Program-made: the position numbers and the translations under genes | Origin: Catajapyx aquilonaris | Taxonomy: Eukaryota | DNA length: 20,000 nt | Reading direction: 5' to 3' | Assembly: GCA_000934665.2 (NCBI GenBank) | Contig: JYFJ02001486.1 | Location: 58,549 to 78,548 of the forward strand | In this document: positions 10,087 through 20,000 of the stretch, one piece after another | Layout of the letters: each line of letters opens with the position of its first letter | Numbering within the stretch: the stretch's first letter is position 1 | The notes under the pieces: model-generated | What the model was told of the DNA's origin: nothing | Seen by the model: only the letters and a program-made list of their open reading frames with translations | Databases searched by the model: none

Positions 10087-11653
10087 ATGCGCAATGGAGG
10101 CGACGGAAATGTACCTTCATCCCAGCAGTCCAGGTTGTCCAGGGGCATTCCCACGCTCCTCATTTCACCTTCATCCGTCGATATTGAAGAGGCAGAGAGG
10201 AGGTTCCCAAGAAGGACCATTCAGATTTTGTCGATTCTTCATGTGATCTTTGGAGTCGTTTCCATTGCATCGGAGGTAAGGATAATGCTGGCTACATGCA
10301 TGTTTCGATGGCAGGTGTACTGCACAGCCTTAGGTGTTGTCAATAGATGATGCCATGGCACAAAATTTAATTCGCCTCGAGGGATTTGGAAATATATTGT
10401 GCAAAGATCGTCAATGTAATATACAGTACCGCGACTTGTTTTTAGCAGAAGCAGGAATAGGTCACACTGTACTGTTGAATACACGTTCATTCAGATATAA
10501 TTATGCATATTGTCCGGTTCATTTGACGTCTAGACTTACACACGACTAAAATAATATTATCTGACATGTATGGTTTGGTTGTATATCTCTGCAGATAACC
10601 TTCAGCGTTATTCCTCCTCACGTTACATTCTACCTGATCGGCGTGTGGTTCGGACTCGTCTTTGTCATGGCAGGAATTATTGGATTTTTGACTGCTAGAA
10701 GAGTAGAGGAGAGAAGGTTCGTGCTACTGTCACGTAAGGTATAAATAGTGATACTTCCAGGAAATTGCTTATATATCTTAAAACATATAAATGAATTTTC
10801 TTTCATAGAATTCAGATATGTGAATCGCTACTACTGATAAGGCCTTTGATCATGCCATAGGCATTATGGACGATGAATAATTTTACAGAGGAACTAAGAG
10901 GTGTAGGCTATACTGATTACTATTGTTGACTACTGTTTTACTCTTGCTACTGTTGATACAGAACAGAAAGGAGTTCTTGATGCCAGGTTTGGACAAAATT
11001 TTCCACTGATTGGAGATTCTTTGGTGGGAAAATAATCGAATAAGGCATTGCACGTCTGATGTTATCTATTTACTTTTCTTTTATTCCTTGAAGTCTGTGT
11101 AATTACGTATACGTCGTATGTCAACTGATCGCTTTCTGCAGCTAGAGATAATATTATGTAATATAATATAATATTATTGTCAGACAGCACTAATAGCAGT
11201 CTGCTAATTTCTGTACCATTTTTTCCCAGACTGATCAAAGCATTTTTAGTCGTGTCATCTGTGGCATCAATTGGAGGCATTTGCATCCTAATAGTTCAAT
11301 TATCGTTTATCCGCTTTTGTATCCTTTTGTGCAAATCTACATTACATGTATGCCAACCCTGCAGCATTTCCTTAACAATTCAAAAGTGGTAACCAATGAC
11401 GGATGTGAATCATGTGGAACAGCAACAATAATCAGTATTATTCTTAGTGCAACAGTAACATGTGAACTTCTGTGCGGAATCCTTAGCACCGTTACAGGAT
11501 GCTGCATTACCTGGTCTAAAGAGAGGTAAGGATACTTTTCAAAACCATCATTATAGTGTTATTAATTTTTGTCGGCATAATAACCACTCCTAAATACTGA
11601 CAAGCATTTTACATTTCAGGAGAAATCCATACGCTCCTAGAATTCCGGATTGA
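10087..11653 (+). CDS. MS4A/CD20-like four-TM protein, copy 4 (~190 aa); exons 10087-10275, 10595-10716, 11230-11318, 11387-11525, 11620-11653
   Basis: FPRRTIQILSILHVIFGVVSIASE, TM2 GVWFGLVFVMAGIIGFL, TM3 LIKAFLVVSSVASIGG, loop CESC, TM4 VTCELLCGIL then GCC. The frame is restored by a U12-type intron at 11319-11386. Confidence 0.8.
11319..11386 (+). other. U12-type (minor spliceosome) GT-AG intron, 68 nt
   Basis: 5' site GTATCCTTT; branch point TTCCTTAAC at 11368-11376, ending 10 nt before the intron 3' end; no polypyrimidine tract; phase 1 joins two coding frames. Confidence 0.85.
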
Positions 11654-12451
11654 ACACATATCCCAAGTCTACAAGTTCAAGCAAATGCTTCGTCCCAACA
11701 CAATAGGTGTGCTATACATACCTTGATACATACATTATACAGTATACGCGATTTACGTTGAATACGATATTTATGTACCTGTTATAAATACCAAGTAAAA
11801 AATAGGCAAGATGTCGTCATCTGAGCAAATGCCTTTCATCACAGTTAAATACCACCCTATAAGTTATAGCGAGTCCCATGAATGTAGCCATGGCGCCCTT
11901 TCGTTTGTGTGGTGAAAAGTCACACGCGGGAGCCGTCGACCGACCTCCGTACCTTGACCTTTCCGTGTGAAGTCAGCGTAACCAAGATCGATCAGGGATG
12001 GCACAAGATTTTGGGCTGGTGAATTCAACACTCACCTATCCCCTTCTCATCCTTCTCCAACACTTTCATTTTTTCGGCACCATAAGTTTTAGGCAGTCTG
12101 TGGAAATGTCAGATCTGGAGAGTACGGTAGCTCATTTGTGATAACAAGGTACGTACGTAACTTAGAGTGTGCATATTACTAATTTTAAAAATGCAAAGTG
12201 AAATGTGTTCAAAAAGTTCATGCAGGCGCATGTATAGGCGAAGGTGTCTCGGAGACTACGGTATCGGTCGACGATGGTCCATGAGGGTAAAGCACATAGT
12301 ATGTTCTTGCACTGTGTAATAACTGACCACTTTCACAAATAATCTTCCTTATAGAGTAATATGAAAAACACGCGCACATTTTATTTTCTTTTAGTCTCAC
12401 ATGTCTCGGAGCACGATGTGTAGGCTACAAAATATTCTCAATTATAATAAT

Positions 12452-12647
12452 GGATACCCCGTGATATGCCTCTTTCGGCCTCTTAGGGGACCATCTTTTA
12501 ATTGACCGTCTTTATTCGTTGCCTGTCATGTGGTCGATTTTGGTAGTGGGAGGAAACGGGAGAACCCTGATAAAACCCACGCGAACACGGAGAGAACCCA
12601 TCCAAACTATTTCCACATAAGTGTCCTCTATCCGACCCGGGGATCGA
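12452..12647 (-). mobile_element. 5'-truncated tRNA-derived SINE with V-domain-like core
   Basis: Minus strand reads B-box remnant TCGATCCCCGG, then GTTCTCTCCGTGTTCGCGTGGGTTTTATCAGGGTTCTCCCGTTTCCTCCCAC (resembles the V-SINE central domain), a 3' tail CCCCTAAGAGGCCGAAAG..CACGGGGTA and TTA repeats. Confidence 0.65.
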
Positions 12648-12740
12648 CATCGATAGATGCTAGACTAATCCAAGTTCACAAAATGACCAATAAACGACAT
12701 TGCCCTTGGAACAATTAAATACAAACATTGGTTTCGAAAA

Positions 12741-12810
12741 TTGGTGGTATTCCACCCCCCTAAGAGGGCCTAGGGCCCTAGCACGGGGTACAAAAAACAA
12801 AACAAAAAAC
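12741..12810 (+). repeat. Retroelement 3'-tail-like stem-loop with (CAAAA)n tail
   Basis: Homologous to 6845-6900 and 12452-12490; followed by CAAAAAACAAAACAAAAAAC. Confidence 0.65.
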
Positions 12811-12847
12811 TGTGCAAGGAGCATGGCATGGGTCTGGAAGACCAGCG

Positions 12848-13444
12848 ACGACGTTGACATCGATGTCTATCCTGACAAGTATGGATACCCTTGTACAGTG
12901 CTGGACACAATAGCATATAACAAGTGTAAACAACGACTTTGGCGTTACCTGGCAACTGGTCGTGTTCGGACATCGTCATGTGGAGAGTGCTTAGCGTTCT
13001 TTCTGTCGTTGCCACTGTTTACAGGTAGCGATTGATGCTGGGACGAAGGGTGTGTGCATGCTTACCAAGGCATGGCATCGGAATAAGCGGGCTGAGGGGG
13101 ATATTATTTTGAGAAGGCGATTCGTTATTATCACACTATTGTCACTTTCCAGTATTAGTCAGGATGCATGGAGTTACTGAATGATCGGGAAGGAGTCCCC
13201 AGTGGCAACGACAGAAAGAACGCTAAGCACTCTCCACATGACGATGTCCGAACACGACCAGTTGCCAGGTAACGCCAAAGTCGTTGTTTACACTTGTTAT
13301 ATGCTATTGTGTCCAGCACTGTACATGCCTGCATCGCTGGTTGCCCCTGGCCCCGGCAACCAGCAATGCAGGCATGTACAGGGTATCCATACTAGCAGCT
13401 CTTGATACTAGTCAGGATAGACATCGTCGATATGTCAAAGGTCG
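12848..13444. repeat. Long inverted repeat: 12892-13017 is the reverse complement of 13200-13325, with degenerate outer extensions
   Basis: 126-bp arms look identical by eye, and the ORF track shows the same peptide on both strands. Outer matches AGTATGGATACCC/GGGTATCCATACT and GATGTCTATCCTGAC/GTCAGGATAGACATC; 182-bp spacer. Confidence 0.9.
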
Positions 13445-14259
13445 ACATATCCAAAATCGTCGCCGGCCTTTCGGGTTTGGTTTCGTTTGGAAGAAGCCAA
13501 AGCAACTGTGGCTATCTGGCTATACGAAGAAGCAAAGGTGGGACAGATGGAGAGAGAAACGAAGAGGAAAAAGAAGAGAGGAAAGACTAGTATCTCTCTT
13601 ACTCTGTGTCCTATCCCAAAGACCTGTCGGGCTTGGGTGGCCCTGCCAGTAGACGAAGCTACTGCCGGCATAGCTCTTGGGGTCATGGGGGAAACGCAAA
13701 CCCCACCACCACGATAAGGTGGAGCTAGCATCGGGGGGCCGGCCTTTCGGGCACATGCATTGCCTCTATCATACGCACCCCCTACCACCCATATCATTTT
13801 GGTAGATGAATTCATGAACACGCTTTATACCGTACTTCAGCATGTTGTTGTACTGGTAAAATTAATATTTGAGACTAGAAGGGCTTCAAAATCTAAACAA
13901 CCGAGAGCATGACATGGTAGATAGCAACACTGTGCTATTGTACATTGATTGCAATATTGTAAATGCCCATGGCAATTGTAGGCTATACACATTTTAAAGT
14001 GGAAAATTACAGCATACAAAGCTCTGTAAAGGAGTTCTGTTGATGATGTGACGGTCATCATATCTGTCCCATAGAACTCACATCAATTTTTAAAAAACTT
14101 TTGAGCTCTAAACACTAGTGACACTAGTAATAAATCCATAGAAACAGTAGGTTTTGCATTACCACTTCACCATGGTTTTTTAACATGCTTAATTATTACT
14201 TTGTACATAATTATTAAGTTGCATAATTTAGAACATGAGCCGTATACAACTTTGAAGAA

Positions 14260-15689
14260 ATGGCCATTCCCGCTCTAATAAGCTTTGCCACAAGCGCGGC
14301 AAAAGAATATTCCGCAGGTAGATTGGACTTCCACACTGCAGCTAGACTACTGGCTGAAGCCTACGGAATTCCAATAGCCTTATCCGAGCATATCCTTAAG
14401 GAGTGGCTGAATGGCACCCTGACTTTTCCCCGATTCCTAGAAATCCTGGTCTCCAGCACAGGCCTGAAGGTCGACTTCAGTAAGATGGCTCTTCCAGCAC
14501 CACCTTCTGAATTGGGCACTGACACTTGGGAAGGGGCCTATAATAATAGGCGATTCCCTCTCGGAACTGTCAAAATCCTCAGCCATATCTTCTTGGCAGG
14601 AGCCTTCGTCAGTTTTGTGTCTCAGGTGGGTTTTATACAAATTAACTTTTGAGGTTATTAGTTCATATGTTGGGTTAGCTTGCGTCTCCCTTCATCACTG
14701 ACTACCCCTCATAGGGAAATGTCGTGATGTTGTTGTTGTTGTAGTGTAACTACCCATCACATACTAACGCAGAAATGATTTTGTACTGTTTCAGGCAGTG
14801 TTGGCTGCTGTAGGTGATGCAATCAGCTGGGCTTGGATGGGCATGTGGGCAGGAATGTTCTTCTGTTTCTCTGGAGGACTAGGCTACATCTCTGCCTTTA
14901 AAACAACAAAATTCAGGTAGTGTACAAATACAATCATACATGTCACCTGGTGCCTAATGGCTACTGATTAGCTCTTTTTTACATCCTGGGAAATTATATT
15001 CCCTCTTTTCCACTAACGTAAATAATCTACAGATAATAACTGAACACCCTGTGACTGTGTACTGTATATGTGTAGGGTTCTAGCAAAATATTTGACTACC
15101 ATAAATTTTTCTCACTCCAGTATTGCCAGTTTTCTGGCAGCATCCATTGTGACTACCGTTGTGGCCATATTCATGATGGCATTTGGTGTCATGGGCCTCT
15201 TCTCATACAATGGCTGCATTTACGACCCTAATCTCAAGGCGTACCAGATTACAGGCAGTGTCCCGGATAGAATCTGTGGTAATGTTCCTCCACATAATTC
15301 AGTCTTATTTAAGTAGTAGAATTAATACTAGTAGGCTATGTATACTACACAGGCAACACAACATGCAATATAGTGCATGGTTGTTCTGTGACATGGCAGC
15401 TTTACTGAACCTAACTAATCTTTTCAGGATCAGGAAGTGCAACACCCACAATTTTCCATAGTGTACTGTTAATAGTGGGTCTCATAGAACTGACAGATGC
15501 TATTGTGTCAATGATTGTGGCTGCTCGTATGTTTTGCCCATGCTCTTGCCTCAAGGTGAGAATGACGATAAAAAAGACACACAAAGCTGCACCAGCACCT
15601 ACTGCACCAGCACTTTTGTGAAACTTTAGTTCGTGTCTTGCCCATTAGGCAGAGTAAAAGCTTGTTTTGTTTTCCAGGATATGGATTGA
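14260..15689 (+). CDS. MS4A/CD20-like four-TM protein, copy 5, with N-terminal extension (~261 aa); exons 14260-14625, 14795-14916, 15121-15278, 15428-15555, 15678-15689
   Basis: FPLGTVKILSHIFLAGAFVSFVSQ, TM2 GMWAGMFFCFSGGLG, loop-2 Cys pair, TM4 GLIELTDAIVS, then CPCSC; phases 0,2,1,0. The last exon (DMD*) is less certain. Confidence 0.8.
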
Positions 15690-17517
15690 TGCTAACATGT
15701 GTTACAAACAGTCACAATGCAAGATCCCTGGAATAGTTAAGATTGTGGACAGTGCACAGGTGTGTCATTGTGTGATAGTAATCACATGGACAGCAGCTTC
15801 CATTTAGTAGGTATATTCAGTATGATGTCACAATATATGCCCCTGAAATCGAGCCAATCTGTTTTGAAACCTCCACACTATTGACACGGTACAATGAAAA
15901 TTTTCAGATGTGCCCACATCTGTTAACTAATGCTGCTGGTGCTAAAATCAGTAAAATGTAATTAGTTAGCACTTTACAATCAGTAACAAATGATGTGTAC
16001 AGAGAATGAAAAGGTAGATTATAGCACCCCACAATTATCTTGTACAGTACAACCCAAAGGAGACTTTAGTCAGTCAAAATCTCCCCATTCCAATGGAGCA
16101 CCCCAAACTTGACCAGGAATACTGTATATCCAATGCAGTGCCAGAGCAGCATAGTAAGTTGAATCGCACCGAGTTGTTTGTGCTTGTTAAGTAACACTAT
16201 AAGCTATTGCAAATATTGTATGCGATGCGCCACATGCAGTGTAAGCCTTACAGAATAGAGGGTGGCCCGAAAATCAGATAAGATACATATCTACGAAAAT
16301 CTTTCACATGCTCCAGGAGTCAAGTTGGCATTCCTATGTAAAAGTAGCACCACTGCAGGTGTCGTGCAGGCAGTTCATTACAGTTGTCAGCCAGAATTCC
16401 AACTTGTCTCATGAGGGCTACACAACATTTTCATCTAAGCTTCAGCATGCTTTATTTGAAATGTGACAAGTTTCCATGTCAAAAAACGTGCGGTATATAA
16501 AAAAATTAAAGAAATTACCAATTTAGCCTTATGGTCAAAAGAGGTTTGGGTCCACCATGATTGGCCCAGATTATCATGCTTATTTTCCTCATTGTCACCC
16601 CAAATAATAAACATATTCACTACACCTTGTCTTCATTGGGGAAACCTGTGTGTATCAGAATTACTCCATTCAGCAGAAATTTTCTGCAGTTTCCTTGATA
16701 TTGCGCCACATTAATCCTGGAAAAATCCTGTCAGGCACATTAACATGTCTCTGACCCTATCAGATGAGCAGTTAAATTGACGATGAGAAGACTCCACATC
16801 TTTTATTACATTACAACATCCAATGAGAATTGCACGAATACAATAACTTGGGTGTATGACAAAGAACAACATATTCTTTGATAATTACCATATGTAACAC
16901 AGCTGAGATATGACACCTGCTGCTTATATAAGATTCATTTCTCCTTTAACCCTTTAATGGTACTGAACCCAACAAACCTTTATGTAAAATAGATTTAACT
17001 TTCTACTGAATAGTTTAACACTCAGACTCATCAACAAAAATATGCAGAATGCAGATGAACTATATAACCTTAGTTGGTACATTCACTACCAGTCTGTAAT
17101 GTTTTAGAATAATTATCAAATTTCAATAAATACATTATTTCTGGATGCAACTGCTATGGAAATGGAGGTCCTAGCTCATCCTGCATTACTATCAAATTAA
17201 AGCCTCTGAAACAATAGCAAACATGTGAAAGGATCTTGCAGATTAACAAGACTTCAAAATTTAAATGCAAAGATAATATTACAAAAGCAAGGATAAGAAA
17301 TTTATAGCTCGCACCTTGTTGACCTTGATATGTTGCTCTCAAACAACAGTAGTACTTCCTCCTGCTTCAAGTCCAAGTGAAATTTTGGCATTCTGCTTTT
17401 TTAGCCAGGAAATAATGAATGGCCTCTGCACTGGCAGGCATGAAAATGCTGGCACACAATGCGCAATTTCAGATTTGCAGCTCATATCATGTAAGTCCTT
17501 CAGGTATGGCAAAAATA

Positions 17518-19206
17518 TCACGTCCCATTTATGGGATATCTTCCGCCTTCATTCTGTTCTGCTGGACTGCTAACAAGAGAGTTCGAGATAGGCCCACCCC
17601 CACCATTTAGAAGTCTCTGTCGCTCCCTAGCCATGCTGACACGCACATTCTCTTGCTGATGATACTTGCACACCTTCAAGAAGGCACAAACTGAGAGACC
17701 CACCCACACTACCCAGGAAGACCAAGCTCCAAACTGAGGAGAGAAAAAATTTCAGTCAGTGCAAGGGTGAATGAATATGCACCACACATAAAAGAAGTGT
17801 TTAGACCTGTATGGTAAATACAAAAAAACTGGTTGAGTCTTGTTATTCATTGTTGTACCACCATTCAAAAAAATAACTGGCATTAACCACTTGTTTTGGG
17901 TTAATCATCGATCTAGCACCCTACCACAGCAACTGGCTGGATAGGCAGGAACCAATTTTGTCATTGACACTTTTGTTGGATTGGTCAAATTCTGCTTTGC
18001 TACAAAATGATCCTTTTAAGATGCAGGCCACACACTCGACTATAGATTGTGAACAGTCAGAAGGATTGGCTAGAAAATTATTTAAAGCTCTTTTTGTTTA
18101 AAGAGCATTTCATGACAAGTCATTCCATACAGCTCATTTCACATCAGTGTAAATGGGAGGTTGTGAGGAATTATCGGTGTTGCAAGGAGCGAAGTACCTT
18201 CTGCAAAATTGTTTCTCCTGTGGACTTATAAGTTAGTGGGTTACATATGACACGTGTGAAATGCAGTAAATAAAAATCTTGGATACATGATGAAGCTGCA
18301 TTTCTCAAAAGGATCTAATCATTCCCAAGAATCTGTGGCACACTGTCGTTGCCCCATAACAAATCTTGAACATATGTTACAAATGAAATTAGGTTGTTAA
18401 CATGAAACAAGATGTGGCACTAATACAGGTGTTTCAAACCGGTAAAACATCTGGCCACCAGCATACTCATTGGCCCAAAATAAATAAAACATGTGCAGTT
18501 GAGATATGTCAAGGTACAGTACCAACTGGTTATGTGACTGACAACAACTAAAATTTGTCTTAGAGGCACCCAAATGTTCATCATTGTGTACCTCTTTCCT
18601 GGATATCTCTCTGCATTAATCAATTGCACATGTTAAACTTGCATTGGGCCAACAATTATGCTGGCAGCAGGATCCCCACTAGTAAAAAACACCCTGGATA
18701 TTTGATCACATTTTGTTTCTACATTCACGGCCTACATAGAAATATGTGGGTGGCATCTTAAATGGGTGGACCTACATGATTGTGTCTGGGAAAGAATTTG
18801 AACCATGCTAAATACATTCCTTTACTAACCAGTCTCATTGAAACAACTACTCTCTTACATCTGTTTGAAATGACAAAGGGAATATTAAGGTCATGAACCT
18901 GTCTTGATTCATGGTTCCCCACTTACAGTGGTTGGCATCATGCCACATCAATCGTGTACTTCAACATGACAATCGCTAGTCTCATCCACTCCCACCATAA
19001 CTCATCAATCAAGAGTTCTAATTTACTTAGCCCAAGTTTAAGACTTTCTGTAGTTTGCCATGCGGCACATGAGTCCAAAACTATTCAACTTAACATTACA
19101 AATACATATTAATCACATTACCTGTGCTGTACCTATCTGGACATAAAATCCTTTAGTGTCAATGCCATCTTTCTTGTCGATGGGATTTTCTGTTGCATCT
19201 TTACAT
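17518..19206 (-). CDS. TMEM179: TMEM179-like protein, last two coding exons (19206-19122, 17733-17518); 5' part not found in the window
   Basis: Spliced CKDATENPIDKKDGIDTKGFYVQIGTAQ|FGAWSSWVVWVGLSVCAFLKVCKYHQQENVRVSMARERQRLL matches the remembered TMEM179 C-terminal pattern (FY..Q..AQFG.W.SW..W...AFLKV....QE). Strong acceptors TTTTCAG and TTCTCTCCTCAG. Confidence 0.8.
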
Positions 19207-20000
19207 CTGAAAATATACATCATATTACAAAATTGGACTTAATTTCATCTCTTTTGCATGAAACTGCCCATGACGAAATACATTTGTTCACACTCGCTAA
19301 CAAGACTTGAGAGCCACCCAAGCATAATTCAATTCACATGGGATGAATCAGAACAATAAAATTGCTAAGAATCACATGCTACATTACGCTACACTGATAT
19401 GACTCATAACCACCACAGTCTCTGATAATGCTTCCCCAAACGTAGAATGCCCTATGTCCTCCACGCTATGGTTAAACTACTTTAACTCAGCATATCTTGT
19501 ACTGAAAATTTAAATAATACGATATTTTTGGTAATGATGCCCTATTGTTCTAACAATACTCCTTACAGCTGCAAACTGCCAAGGTATACCTTTGTTACAT
19601 TTCTTTGGAGGGAAAAGTTCACGTGACAAAACTTTTGAGTAAATTACAGAGGAGAATAAATTCAAGATTTTGTATATCTAGAATACTGGTTCTTACATGC
19701 AGTAACACTGCAATGCACGAGAATCACACTCTCCATCTTGTTGCCCAATCACAACAAAATTAAACAGAAGTAACGGGCACTTGCCACATTCCATTTTTTG
19801 GATACTAAGGTCATTAGAACATCAGTTATAAAACTTGAAATATATATCTTGTTAAAAAAAAATAGCTTGCTACTACATTTCAATTTCCAACACATTGATC
19901 TAATAATACATATTTCAAGACCTATATCTGTCTGGATGTCTGTGACCTATGCAAATCCATACGGAGGCCTCCACATATGCCCCAGGGGTATCACCAGGGG

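Noticed and set aside
11281..11529. Apparent frameshift between the TM3 and TM4 ORFs of copy 4
   Set aside because: Resolved by the U12 intron.
12454..12790. MITE bounded by TACCCCGTG/CACGGGGTA inverted ends
   Set aside because: Better explained as two oppositely oriented retroelement 3' tails, each followed by a simple-repeat tail; a solo copy exists at 6845.
13170..13200. Possible hammerhead ribozyme or Penelope-type LTR near the inverted repeat
   Set aside because: No intact CTGANGA...GAAA core with flanking stems was seen.
12700..13821. Several overlapping 60-130 aa ORFs
   Set aside because: They lie in GC-richer repeat DNA, show no recognisable domain, and the duplicated peptide merely reflects the inverted repeat.
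16000..17517. Short ORFs between copy 5 and TMEM179
   Set aside because: No coherent exon chain; likely 3' UTR or intergenic sequence (minus-strand AATAAA near 16802).
1..20000. Prokaryotic systems (CRISPR array, operon, defence island)
   Set aside because: Spliceosomal gene structure throughout; no regularly spaced direct repeats or long uninterrupted ORFs.

Overview
Eukaryotic, intron-rich, AT-rich genomic DNA, probably from an invertebrate animal; the prokaryote-style ORF track only catches exon fragments. Manual splicing gives a tandem array of five highly diverged MS4A/CD20-like four-transmembrane genes on the + strand. A - strand gene for a secreted two-repeat DM9 protein (signal peptide plus RWKR propeptide) sits between copies 3 and 4, head-to-head with copy 4. 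The last two exons of a TMEM179-like gene converge from the right end. The paralogs share an exon/phase skeleton, but several have private oddities: a GC-AG intron (copy 1), an extra 73-nt intron (copy 2), a textbook U12 minor-spliceosome intron (copy 4) and an N-terminal EF-hand-like repeat (copy 5). Repeats include two tRNA-type SINE-like elements, a dispersed stem-loop 3' tail, hairpin/MITE-like inverted repeats and a 126-bp inverted duplication. Family assignments come from motif recognition, not database searches.
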